DNA from: Candidatus Micrarchaeota archaeon
GTDB lineage: Archaea; Micrarchaeota; Micrarchaeia; Anstonellales; Bilamarchaeaceae
Direction of reading: 5' to 3'
Assembly (NCBI GenBank): GCA_022627495.1
Contig: JAKEGJ010000021.1
Location: 78,612 to 142,611, forward strand
Length of the DNA stretch: 64,000 bases
The notes under the pieces are model-generated. The model made no database searches. It was not told where the DNA came from and saw only the letters and a list, made by a program, of their open reading frames with translations. The first letter of the stretch is position 1. Each line of letters begins with the position of its first letter. A program made the translations under genes and the position numbers. This document shows positions 55,178 through 64,000 of the stretch, piece by piece.

Positions 55178-56572
55178 TTACTTCGCCTTTTTGAGCTGTT
55201 CTCGGTATCTTGAATAAGTTATCAGCTTTCCCATCGCCTTCACCGCGGCATTCGGCGAGTTGTAGCTCGGGACGCCCTTGCTTTCAAGGATTTTCCGGTA
55301 CGCTTCGGTGTAAGTCCCGCCGATTGATATCGTCGCAATGGGCTTGCTCCGGTTGTCGGAAGCCTGGGTCAGGACATGGATTATCCTCTCGTCAATGGGC
55401 GGCGTCTGGGTGAGGACGACTATTATGAGGGCGTCTATGCCAGGGTCAGCCATCATGGCGTCTATCGCCTTCCCATACGCCTCGACGCCGGCATCCGCGA
55501 CCAAATCGAGCGGGTTCGCGATGTTTCCGTATGACGGCAGGATTTTTGCTATGATTTTTTTCGTTTCCTCGCCGAATGACGCGAGCTGCAGGCCTTCGCT
55601 TTCGATGGAATCGGCAGTGAGCACGCCCACCCCACCGCCGTTAGTTATCACCGCGATGCGGCTTCCCCTGGGCATCGGCTGGTGGAAAATCTTGACGAAA
55701 TCGAAGACCTCGGTTATGCCTTCTGCTTCCGTGACCTTGGCCTGCTTGAAAGCGGCCTGGTAGGCGAGATAGCTCCCCGCGATGTTACCGGTGTGCGAGC
55801 GCGCCGCCGCCTGGCCCCCCGCCCCCCGCCCGGCTTTGAGCGCGATAATGGGCTTGACCTTGTTCACCCTCCTCATCGCCTCAAGAAGCTTCCTTCCGTC
55901 TTTTGCGCCTTCTATGTAAAGTATGATTATGTCTGTCTCCTTGTCGCTCATCAGGTACTCAAGGTAATCCGCCTCGTCGAGCACCGTGCTGTTGCCGTAT
56001 GATATGAATTTCGAGACGCCAAGCCCGTAGAACGCCGCCAAATCGAGCACCGTTGAGCCGACCGCGCCGCTCTGGGTTATGAACGCAATCCCCCCGGCCC
56101 TGGGCCTCTCGAGCTTGTACATCGGAAGGAATATGCTGTCGACCTTTGTGTAGGGGTTGAAGGCGCCGAGGCAGTTCGGGCCGATAAGCGGCATGCCGGC
56201 TTCCTCCGCGGTCTTCCTGATTTTTTCGGCCAAATCGAACCTCTTGACCTCCTCGAAGCCGCCGCTCAGTATAATCACGCCCCCGGCCTTTTTCTTGGCG
56301 CAGTCCTCGACTATGCCAGGGACGGTTTCTGCGGGCGTGGCTATTATCACGCAATCCACCCTGCCGGGTATGCTGCCCACCGAAGGGTAGCACCTGAGGC
56401 CCGCAATCTCCGCATATTTCGGGTTCACGGGGCATACCCTGCCAGGGAACTTGCTGTCCATGAAATTCCGGACAAGGACGTTTCCTATCTTGTTGGGCGT
56501 CGCCGAAGCCCCCACTATCGCCACCGTGCGCGGCGAGAATACCGACTTGAGATTAGACACGATTTTCTTCAT
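55178..56572 (-). CDS. acdA: Acetate--CoA ligase (ADP-forming), alpha subunit
   Basis: VAIVGAS, PVNPK, IGPNCLG, TQSGAVG, SYGN, AARSHTG, ITNGGGVGVL, NPLDL. Confidence 0.93.
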   Translation of the reverse strand: MKKIVSNLKSVFSPRTVAIVGASATPNKIGNVLVRNFMDSKFPGRVCPVNPKYAEIAGLRCYPSVGSIPGRVDCVIIATPAETVPGIVEDCAKKKAGGVIILSGGFEEVKRFDLAEKIRKTAEEAGMPLIGPNCLGAFNPYTKVDSIFLPMYKLERPRAGGIAFITQSGAVGSTVLDLAAFYGLGVSKFISYGNSTVLDEADYLEYLMSDKETDIIILYIEGAKDGRKLLEAMRRVNKVKPIIALKAGRGAGGQAAARSHTGNIAGSYLAYQAAFKQAKVTEAEGITEVFDFVKIFHQPMPRGSRIAVITNGGGVGVLTADSIESEGLQLASFGEETKKIIAKILPSYGNIANPLDLVADAGVEAYGKAIDAMMADPGIDALIIVVLTQTPPIDERIIHVLTQASDNRSKPIATISIGGTYTEAYRKILESKGVPSYNSPNAAVKAMGKLITYSRYREQLKKAK

Positions 56573-56577
56573 AACCA

Positions 56578-57207
56578 TTACCTGCTGAACCTTGCATCGA
56601 CTATGTCGCACCCTTCCTCGTCGAAGACGACCGGGTTGAGGTCCATCTCCTTGATGTCCTCTTTGACCATGAACGCGCATGCGCGGAGAACCAGCGTCTC
56701 GAGCGCCTTCTTGTTTATCGGCTTCTTGCCGCGCGCCCCTTCAAGGAGCGGGTGGACTTTCAGCTCGGAAACCATCTCATCGACATCCGCCGCCGCAAGC
56801 GGGCAGATTCTGGCGCTGATGTCCCGGAATATCTCCACGTAAATGCCGCCGAGGCCGAGGACTATCATGTGCCCGAACTGCGGGTCCTTCTTGCCCCCGA
56901 TAATCAGCTCGACGCCCTTGCGGGCCATCTTCTGGACCAGCACGCCCTCGACCTTCTTCCCGTTCGCGCTCTGGATTATGTCCCGGTAAGTGAGGCGGAG
57001 GACGTCCTCCTTCTTGATATTCACCTTCACGCCACCGACATCGGTCTTGTGCTCGATTTGGGGGGAGACTATCTTGAGCGCGACCGGATAACCGATGGCC
57101 GCGGCAGCCTTCACAGCGTCATCCTCGCACTTTGCAATCCGGTAAGGCAGCAGCCTGAAGCCGTGTTTCTCAAGGAGCGCGAAATCGTCAATCAGCGTCA
57201 TGAGCAA
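56578..57207 (-). CDS. acdB: Acetate--CoA ligase (ADP-forming), beta subunit (ATP-grasp)
   Basis: IGYPVALKIVSPQIEHKTDVGGV, DPQFG, GLGGIYVE, EMDLNP, VDAR. Confidence 0.93.
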   Translation of the reverse strand: MLMTLIDDFALLEKHGFRLLPYRIAKCEDDAVKAAAAIGYPVALKIVSPQIEHKTDVGGVKVNIKKEDVLRLTYRDIIQSANGKKVEGVLVQKMARKGVELIIGGKKDPQFGHMIVLGLGGIYVEIFRDISARICPLAAADVDEMVSELKVHPLLEGARGKKPINKKALETLVLRACAFMVKEDIKEMDLNPVVFDEEGCDIVDARFSR

Positions 57208-57228
57208 GGCTTCATCCGCTCATATTTA

Positions 57229-58275
57229 TTAATTTACACGCAAGGACGAGAGGTCCAGCCCGTATCCGCGGGCGCACTCCAGCATCTCGGAATCGTATGC
57301 GAGCATCTTCCGCGCGGCCTTCGCCGCTATCAGGCCCTTGAATTCCGGGTCCTCGCGCACCACGTCCTTGGAATAAAGCCTGGCATCGTGTATGTCGGAC
57401 ACGCCAGCCTGCCCCATGGGGTGCGCAAGGCGCGCGACCAGCGCCTTCGCCCTTTCGTACCCGATATCATAGTGCCCTGTGATGAAGCACGAGACGGCGG
57501 CGGGATTGAGCTCGGTGCCTGCGGCCGTTACGGCGTATGCGAGCGCGCCGTCGATTGAGGATATGAACCCGTTCGTCCGGTAATGCCTGGGCATCACCGC
57601 TGAGATGAAGTCCGCGGCCTTGGCTATGCTGGCATGGAACGGCAGGTCAACCCCGCGGAGGAGCGACGGGTAGCTCGGCACGCCGCTGTCCATACCGTTG
57701 TACATCACATGGTGCAATCCCACCATGTCCAGCATCATCCTGATGTGGGCGCCGGCCCCGAAGAGCCTGACGTACCGGGTGCCGATAGAGACGTGCTCCT
57801 CGCGCATTATCCTCTTTTCGGCGGCATTCAGCTGCGCGTTTCCGAATGCGGTAAACAGGTAGAAGTCTATGCCCAGCTCTTTCACCAGTATGGCTGTCGG
57901 GATGAACGTCTTCCCCACGTCGTGTATCAGCCCCCCCGCAAAAACGAGCGCCGCATCAAGCCCTTTGGCTTCGGCAAGGCCGTGCTCCTGCGCCTCCCTC
58001 GCAATCACGAACCCGAACCTCGCGACCTCTGCCGAGTGCGTCCGGGTGTACTGCCACCTCTTCCTGGCCACGTCGCCCTCTCCGAGCCTGTTCATGGCCG
58101 AGCGCACCAGGTCGGCAATCCCCTTTCCGGCCCGTTCCCTCTCGTCGATGAAGCCTTTCGAGACAAAAGCCCTGACAAGCCCTTCGAGCGCCGGTTCGTA
58201 GCGGGCCGCGCTGCGGAATGCCAATCCTTCGAGAGGTTTCGCCCTGGCATGATGCGTATAATCCACACTTTTCAT
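57229..58275 (-). CDS. Divergent HD-GYP-type phosphohydrolase
   Basis: THSAEVA, LIHDVGK, EHVSIG, LHHVMYNG...SYP..LRG.DLP, AADFISA...HYR. Confidence 0.8.
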   Translation of the reverse strand: MKSVDYTHHARAKPLEGLAFRSAARYEPALEGLVRAFVSKGFIDERERAGKGIADLVRSAMNRLGEGDVARKRWQYTRTHSAEVARFGFVIAREAQEHGLAEAKGLDAALVFAGGLIHDVGKTFIPTAILVKELGIDFYLFTAFGNAQLNAAEKRIMREEHVSIGTRYVRLFGAGAHIRMMLDMVGLHHVMYNGMDSGVPSYPSLLRGVDLPFHASIAKAADFISAVMPRHYRTNGFISSIDGALAYAVTAAGTELNPAAVSCFITGHYDIGYERAKALVARLAHPMGQAGVSDIHDARLYSKDVVREDPEFKGLIAAKAARKMLAYDSEMLECARGYGLDLSSLRVN

Positions 58276-58357
58276 GTTGTTCGCCTTTTTGTGCTTGGGA
58301 GATGATTTTGTGATAACTTCAAAGCATATTTTTATATACTTAATTGGAAGGTTGGGC

Positions 58358-58894
58358 ATGAAAATCTACACCAAGTTCGGCGACCGGGGCAGCACCTCGC
58401 TGATAGGCGGCGCCGTAGTGCCGAAGAACGACCTCCGCGTCGAGGCCTATGGCGCCGTGGATGAATTGAACGCCGTCCTTGGCGTCGCCATGGCGTTCGC
58501 GGATGCAGGGCCGCTCCGGGAATCCCTCTCGCGCATACAGAAGGACCTTTTCATAATCGGAGCCGGGCTGGCGACTAGGGGCGGCGCCAAGGCGAAGCCG
58601 CTTCCGCCGGCGCGCATAGAGGAGCTGGAAAAGGAGATCGACGGGCTCTGGGCCGATCTGCCCCCGCTCCGCAATTTCATCATCCCCGGCGGGAGCAGGA
58701 CCGCATCGCTCCTCCACCTCGCCCGAACGGTCTGCCGCCGGGCAGAGCGCAGCATCATCGCCCTGTCGCAGAAAGAGGCAATAAACCCCGACACCGTCAT
58801 CTACATGAACCGGGTGGGCGACCTGCTCTTCACCCAGGCCCGCCATGTAAACTATGAGAATAAGGCGGAAGAGGCCGTGTGGAAGGGCAGGTGA
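58358..58894 (+). CDS. pduO: ATP:cob(I)alamin adenosyltransferase (PduO type)
   Basis: KIYTKFGDRGSTSL, EAYGAVDELN, FIIPGG, ARTVCRRAER, NRVGDLLF. Confidence 0.93.
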   Translation: MKIYTKFGDRGSTSLIGGAVVPKNDLRVEAYGAVDELNAVLGVAMAFADAGPLRESLSRIQKDLFIIGAGLATRGGAKAKPLPPARIEELEKEIDGLWADLPPLRNFIIPGGSRTASLLHLARTVCRRAERSIIALSQKEAINPDTVIYMNRVGDLLFTQARHVNYENKAEEAVWKGR

Positions 58895-58897
58895 AGG

Positions 58898-60451
58898 CTA
58901 AATGGCCCCAGCTATCTCTTTCCGCAGGTTCGCAAACCGCCCGAGCCACGCGCGGCGCTCTTCCAGAAGCTCCGCGGTCAGCCTCCGGTATTCCTCTGCG
59001 GAATAATACTGCCTCGGGTCGAAATGCCCCATGTCCACGTCGGGCACGTAATCAGGCACAAGATACCCCCAATCCGGGTCCTTCTTCCACCTGATTGCGC
59101 CTCTTGCAGCATCCGCCAGCAGCCGGGCCGAATCATAGACCGTTATCTTGATGCCGTCGTCCGTTCCCGGGTGCGCCCCGAACCTCCCCGTATCGAGCAG
59201 GAAGCATTCGATGCGCGGGTTCGCCTCCAAAATTTCCAAAAACCTGTTGCCCTCCTCTTCAGGGGGCCCTATTATGAACGGGTTGGTCCCCACGACGCGG
59301 AGCGGCTTGCCGGCCTGCGCCGGGTCCCCGGCCGACGACTCGATGGATTCGCCGAGCATGAAGAACGCCGCGGCCTGGGCGGGCGTAAGCTTTGCTATCG
59401 GTGGCACAATGGTTTTTCGCCTGGTTATGAAGACGACCATGTCTACGCGGGGAAGGTCTATCGACCCGTCCGTGCAATCCAGCTCCTTCCGTATCACGAC
59501 GCCCCTGCCGTTCGAGGTGATGCTTGAATCGAAGAAGTCGATTTTCCCGCCATCCCCTAATTTCACATTCTCAAGGATGGCGTTCCGGGACGTCGCTCCC
59601 CGATACAGGAGGGGCTGCGACTCCGGCTCAAGCCCGTCGGTCTTGATGTAGAAGTTGTCTTCGGTGCCTATGGCCGAGCCGTCCCGGTTAAGGAGCACCA
59701 CGTCGTCCTGCCTTATGCGGACCAGCTCGCCCAAGCCGCCATTTAGCCAGTGGTGGTGGCATGTTAGGGTCGTCTTCCCTGTCGCGCTCAGGCCGAAGAG
59801 CAGCATGCCCTTTTCTACGAGCTTTCCGCTTCCGGCATCCCGCACGCGTAGTATTTTCGAGCCTGCATGCAGGCCGAGCCCGCCGCGCTTCGTCTTGTGC
59901 GCGTACATCATCATGCGAAGGCCGGCCTTCTTCACCTCCCCGCAGTAGTCGGTGCCGAGGACGAAAGTTGTGAACGTAACCGGGTCCACCAGCACCTTCC
60001 GCTCCGGCCATTCGGGGACGTCTATGATTGTGAAATCCGGGCGTCCTTCCGGCTTCTTGCCTGCCTTCCCGGCCGCCCCCTCCCCCGCAGGTTTGAAAAG
60101 CATCCTTCCCCACATGTACGCGAGCCTTGCGTATCTTTTTGTCACAAAAAGCCGGATTCGCGTCCGGTACTCCCGTTTCCGGCACATGATCCTGTCGATT
60201 GAGATTAGCTCCTTGCCACGGAGGTATTCCACGACGCGCGCAGCCGTTTCGAGCTGCCCTGCGCTTGGCCTGAATGCAATCTCGGTGAATTTCGCGCTCC
60301 TTGAGCGGATGGCGGTCATGTAGCTTGCGCTTCCGTATTCCGTGGTCCTCTCGTCCCCCTTTGCCATCCTGCGGAGCTGCGCCATCGCCGGGTTCCATGC
60401 CACATTGCTCTTAGCAATAATCCCCGCCATCCTCAGGAAGCCTTCCGCCAT
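58898..60451 (-). CDS. pckA: Phosphoenolpyruvate carboxykinase (ATP)
   Basis: GTDYCGEVKK, LGLHAGSK, FGLSATGKTTL, QDD, YIKT, SNGRG. Confidence 0.9.
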   Translation of the reverse strand: MAEGFLRMAGIIAKSNVAWNPAMAQLRRMAKGDERTTEYGSASYMTAIRSRSAKFTEIAFRPSAGQLETAARVVEYLRGKELISIDRIMCRKREYRTRIRLFVTKRYARLAYMWGRMLFKPAGEGAAGKAGKKPEGRPDFTIIDVPEWPERKVLVDPVTFTTFVLGTDYCGEVKKAGLRMMMYAHKTKRGGLGLHAGSKILRVRDAGSGKLVEKGMLLFGLSATGKTTLTCHHHWLNGGLGELVRIRQDDVVLLNRDGSAIGTEDNFYIKTDGLEPESQPLLYRGATSRNAILENVKLGDGGKIDFFDSSITSNGRGVVIRKELDCTDGSIDLPRVDMVVFITRRKTIVPPIAKLTPAQAAAFFMLGESIESSAGDPAQAGKPLRVVGTNPFIIGPPEEEGNRFLEILEANPRIECFLLDTGRFGAHPGTDDGIKITVYDSARLLADAARGAIRWKKDPDWGYLVPDYVPDVDMGHFDPRQYYSAEEYRRLTAELLEERRAWLGRFANLRKEIAGAI

Positions 60452-60504
60452 GCACACCTATCCTCCCAAAATTTTAATAATTCGCGCCGGCATACATATC
60501 TCCC

Positions 60505-61134
60505 ATGAGGAGGCTTCTAAGGAGGATACGCCTGCTGAAGGGGAGCGGGGCCGGGTCCCGCATAAGCGCGCGCATGGCCGAATTCAGGGCCAGGGGGATG
60601 GCGCAATCCGGCGAATTGTTCAAGGAGCTCTGCGTCTGCCTTCTTACCGCCAACTATTCCGCCGAAGGGGGGATGCGGATGCAGCAAATCATAGGGGACG
60701 GCTTCCTTCACCTGCCCGAACGAGCCCTCGCATCGAAGCTGAAAAAGGCGGGCTACCGCTTCCCCAACGCGCGGGCGAAATACATCTGCGCCGCGCGCAT
60801 GCACAGGCACCGCCTGAAATCAGTCCTGGCGGCATTCCCTCCGGAGGCCGCCCGGGAATGGCTGGCGGACAACATCACTGGCCTGGGCTACAAGGAGTCC
60901 AGCCACTTCCTGCGGAACATCGGCATAGACCGCTTCGCGATAATCGACTTCCACATCGTGGACCTGCTTGCGAGGCACGGCGCCATAAAAAAGCCGCGCT
61001 CCAAATCCCTCTCGCGCAAGCTCTACCTTGAAATCGAGCGCAAGCTCGCCCCGCTTGCAGAGCGCGCCTCACTCAGCCCGGGCGAACTGGACATGTACCT
61101 CTGGTACATCGAGACGGGGAAAATACTGAAATAG
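60505..61134 (+). CDS. ogg: 8-oxoguanine N-glycosylase/AP lyase (Ogg2 type)
   Basis: ELCVCLLTAN, YRFPNARAKYI, GLGYKESSHFLRNIG, IIDFHI, LDMYLWYIETGKILK. Confidence 0.93.
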   Translation: MRRLLRRIRLLKGSGAGSRISARMAEFRARGMAQSGELFKELCVCLLTANYSAEGGMRMQQIIGDGFLHLPERALASKLKKAGYRFPNARAKYICAARMHRHRLKSVLAAFPPEAAREWLADNITGLGYKESSHFLRNIGIDRFAIIDFHIVDLLARHGAIKKPRSKSLSRKLYLEIERKLAPLAERASLSPGELDMYLWYIETGKILK

Positions 61135-61298
61135 CTTTTTTTGCAGAAGCATCAGCATGCCGGCGGACGACGCAACAGCAGCAGCCGCGCCGAATGCAGC
61201 CGGCGCGCCGAACGCGGCCCGGATTGCCCCGAAAAGCGCATGGGCCGCCAAATGCACGCCCCAGGCTGAGCTGCCCTGCGTCCCGAGCGCGATTCCAC

Positions 61299-63113
61299 CT
61301 AGCGGAAGCCGCCGCCGCCTGATGAATGGGAGCTGAACCCGCCGCCTCCGCCCGAGCTCCAGCCGCCCGAAGAGTGCGACGAGAAGCCCCCGCGGCTTCC
61401 TCCGGACGCCCCGCTCCTGCTGCCGTATGTCTTCAGGTTATGGAGCGCCCATGCCGAAGCGAAGTATTGGCGCGACGAGACGCCCGCCGCACCGAGCGTT
61501 TCCACCCTTTTTGCCGTGAGGGCGTCCAGTTCGGACAAATGATTCCTGACCTTGTCAGCCATGCCGAGGGCAGTGGCATACACGAGTATCCCGCCCCAGA
61601 TGACCGCGGACGATGGCGGGTATTCCTTCAGCCTGCTCAATTTGACCGCGCGGGCGAACGCGTCCCATCTCTCGTATTCCTCTCGCTGGTCTTCGTGCAC
61701 CTGTATCCTCCTCATGCGCATGGCCAGGAACACGGCGGATGGAACTGCAATCAGGATGGCGGCAATCAGGCCGTAGGCCTCAGCAAGGTTGCCCTCCAGA
61801 AGGTAGCCCGCGATGAAATCCAGGCTGAAAAACGCCGCATAGCATCCGAAAATCAATCCCATGAACGAAATGCCGACCAGCGCCGAATCCCCGGTATCCG
61901 CGGCGTCTTTGAGGTCCGAGATTTTTTTCTCGGCCAGCACCTTCCCGATTTCGCTTGTGAACGTTTCGACTGCCGCAGCCGCAGGAATTTTTTCGGCTTC
62001 GCCCTTGGCGTTTATCCTGCCATATCCGGCAGCCATCGCATCCAGGTCCGCCTCGGTCTTTCCCTGAGGGAAGATCATGTCGAGCACCGCTGCTTCGTAG
62101 GGCTTCGGGTTCTCCGGCCTCTTTTTCAGAAATAGGATGGTGTGCCCGCGCTTCACCTGCGTAGACGATTCGCCTTTCTTCTCCAGCTCCACTATGTCGA
62201 TATGGTCCCTAATGATGAGGCTGAGTATCGCCGCCGCCATGATGTCGCTTGCCGGCATCCTGTTCCGGATCAGGACGCTGACGAATGCGGGCTCCTCCCC
62301 GTCCGGCGGAAGTATATTCTCGGGGTATTTCGGCTTCCGCCTGTCCTTGATGAAGAAGTATGCCGCCGCCAATCCGCAAATCGCCGCAGCCGGCAGGCAG
62401 CAGAACAACGTCGAAGGCGTAGTTTCCGGTTCAAGCAGCATCTTTGAGCCGTAGGCCTCCCGCTCGTCATTGAGAATGGCGAGCGCGGGCGCGTCCACCG
62501 TGTTCGTGGTGTGCAGTGCATCCCTGTCATACAGGTAGCAGCCTCCTATGTAGTTGCCTGGTGGCACATCAATCATCTCTATCACGATTGATAGGTCGTC
62601 TATGCGCGCGTTCCCCTCCTTTGTGGAATAGACCTCGAAGTGCATGTCCTTGCCGCGCGAGGCTTCGGGCAGGCTCATAACCGAAACGAATTCCGCCGCC
62701 GGGACGCTCCATCCCCCGCCATAATGCTCGAAGCAGACCTTGGCGAAATCGTTGTAAAGCTGAGCCCTGTCTTTCAGCGTGTAGCTGAGTTCGACGTTGT
62801 TTTTCCCCGCATATGTCTTCTTCCAGACAATCTCCGCCCGGCCCTCGCTGTCGAGTTGGGTCACAAACTGCGCGTCTTCCCCGTTTACCTTCGCATAATG
62901 CACTATGATATTGTCCAGCGTGCCGAAATCCTCGAACCTAATCGTGCGGAATCCCTCTTCGTACGCCTCCTCCAGCGTGAAGCTGATGTTCTCATGGATG
63001 TCCAGGCCCCCGTCATCCCTGACGGCCGCGCGGGCATGGTACGAGTCGATGGAGAAAGAGGACGCGGCCGCGGTCAATGCAAGCAGGAGGAAAACGGGGA
63101 GGGCAAATCGCAT
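61299..63113 (-). CDS. DUF2207 membrane protein
   Basis: Signal peptide, DGGLDIHENI, WGGILVYATALG, Gly/Ser-rich end GGGGFR. Confidence 0.88.
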   Translation of the reverse strand: MRFALPVFLLLALTAAASSFSIDSYHARAAVRDDGGLDIHENISFTLEEAYEEGFRTIRFEDFGTLDNIIVHYAKVNGEDAQFVTQLDSEGRAEIVWKKTYAGKNNVELSYTLKDRAQLYNDFAKVCFEHYGGGWSVPAAEFVSVMSLPEASRGKDMHFEVYSTKEGNARIDDLSIVIEMIDVPPGNYIGGCYLYDRDALHTTNTVDAPALAILNDEREAYGSKMLLEPETTPSTLFCCLPAAAICGLAAAYFFIKDRRKPKYPENILPPDGEEPAFVSVLIRNRMPASDIMAAAILSLIIRDHIDIVELEKKGESSTQVKRGHTILFLKKRPENPKPYEAAVLDMIFPQGKTEADLDAMAAGYGRINAKGEAEKIPAAAAVETFTSEIGKVLAEKKISDLKDAADTGDSALVGISFMGLIFGCYAAFFSLDFIAGYLLEGNLAEAYGLIAAILIAVPSAVFLAMRMRRIQVHEDQREEYERWDAFARAVKLSRLKEYPPSSAVIWGGILVYATALGMADKVRNHLSELDALTAKRVETLGAAGVSSRQYFASAWALHNLKTYGSRSGASGGSRGGFSSHSSGGWSSGGGGGFSSHSSGGGGFR

Positions 63114-63137
63114 GGGTGGATATCTCGCGATAATGTT

Positions 63138-63575
63138 TTATTGATTGGCAGGCGCTTTGTCACTCGAGGGGGCGGCGTTGCTCCGGAGTTTCCTGACTAT
63201 CGGCAGGTCGGCCCTGGCCCAGTCATATCCATCCAGTTCCGCAATGCGGACCCACCTGAAATCCTTCACATCGAGGGCCTTCGGCTCCCCGTCCCTCCAG
63301 TCCGCAAGATACGCCTGGAGCCTGATGCGGATGCCCCTGCCTTCTGCATGGCTGACGCAGAAAACCCTCTTTCCGGCTTCAATCCGGACGCCCAGCTCCT
63401 CCATTATCTCGCGCGCAAGGGCTTTCTGCGGCGTCTCGCCGGCCTCAGCCTTGCCTCCTGGGAATTCCCATTTGCCGGGCTCCCTCTTGCAGTCGTCCTT
63501 CCTCTGCGCTATGAGAAGCATGTCCCCTTTCCTTATGACGCCCGCGACTACAAGCACTGTTTCCACGGCTTCCAT
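63138..63575 (-). CDS. mutT: MutT-type Nudix hydrolase (8-oxo-dGTP diphosphatase-like)
   Basis: LLIAQR, KWEFPGGKAEAGETPQKALAREIMEELG, WARADLP. Confidence 0.85.
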   Translation of the reverse strand: MEAVETVLVVAGVIRKGDMLLIAQRKDDCKREPGKWEFPGGKAEAGETPQKALAREIMEELGVRIEAGKRVFCVSHAEGRGIRIRLQAYLADWRDGEPKALDVKDFRWVRIAELDGYDWARADLPIVRKLRSNAAPSSDKAPANQ

Positions 63576-63663
63576 ATGCCCCTTGCAGATTATTACCGTT
63601 CCGGCCGCCCTCCGACCTGATGCCTGACCAACCTTAATAAATTTCACGCGAGCATGGCCCTCC

Positions 63664-64000
63664 ATGGGATGCCGCAACGTATTGTTCCTGCTAATCGTCC
63701 TGGCCGGGGCGCCTCTTGCCCAAAGCGCTTCGGAATACTGCTCCTTTGAGAAAGCCGAGGGCGAAAGCTGCTATCGCGACTGCTGCGAATCGCTCGGATA
63801 CTCGTATGACGGGGGGTGCCTAGTCAGCGGCACGGACCAGGACTATGTGTCGTCCTCTTGCTTATACTGCACCGATTCCTACGCGCAATGCGTGGAGACG
63901 TACGAAAGCGGCGGCTCAAGCGGCGCATCCAACGATTATTCCAGCTCCGGGGGGAGCGGCTGCTGTTCGGGGTTCATCGTGCTTTCACTGCTCGGCGCAT
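63664..64000 (+). CDS. Secreted Cys-rich protein with C-terminal Cys-Cys+TM tail (3' truncated; absent from the ORF track)
   Basis: Translated by eye: MGCRNVLFLLIVLAGAPLAQSASEYC...SSSGGSGCCSGFIVLSLLGA; open to the window end. Confidence 0.75.
   Translation, partial: MGCRNVLFLLIVLAGAPLAQSASEYCSFEKAEGESCYRDCCESLGYSYDGGCLVSGTDQDYVSSSCLYCTDSYAQCVETYESGGSSGASNDYSSSGGSGCCSGFIVLSLLGA

Noticed and set aside
61135..61298. Ala-rich small ORF and GCGCCGAA repeat between ogg and DUF2207
   Set aside because: Low complexity, overlaps ogg, no convincing start signal.
1..64000. Prophage, integrase, transposase, restriction-modification or other known defence system
   Set aside because: No ORF with recognisable motifs for these was found by eye.

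Overview
GC-rich archaeal chromosomal segment. RadA, Pelota, archaeal TrpRS/PheT, HTH-RibK, archaeal riboflavin synthase, AcdAB, DUF35/thiolase and TATA-box leaderless starts support this. The gene content suggests a DPANN, probably Micrarchaeota-like, organism (inference, not a search result). Housekeeping content: a hybrid riboflavin pathway (ribB, ribC-ribH fusion, bacterial-type ribA/ribD, ribK), pyrimidine salvage, class I GAPDH, non-oxidative pentose phosphate genes (rpe, split tkt, tal/fsa), PEPCK, ADP-forming acetyl-CoA synthetase, two ABC transporters, purF, pheT, trpS, proC, ogg/mutT. Standouts: (1) a full-length bacterial RpoD/RpoS-type sigma-70 factor with altered promoter-recognition residues, head-to-head with a VirB2/TrbC-like pilin; (2) other orphan bacterial signalling homologues (CheD-like, HD-GYP) with basic N-terminal leaders, possibly host-directed effectors; (3) a solo Cas2/VapD-like gene in a 452-bp unit bounded by imperfect inverted repeats and ACCCC direct repeats, with a perfect 20-bp palindrome at its promoter; (4) a 400-bp intergenic region with four related hairpins and direct repeats; (5) Cys-rich secreted proteins sharing a C-terminal Cys+TM tail. 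No CRISPR array, tRNA, rRNA or transposase was recognised. All calls come from reading motifs by eye.
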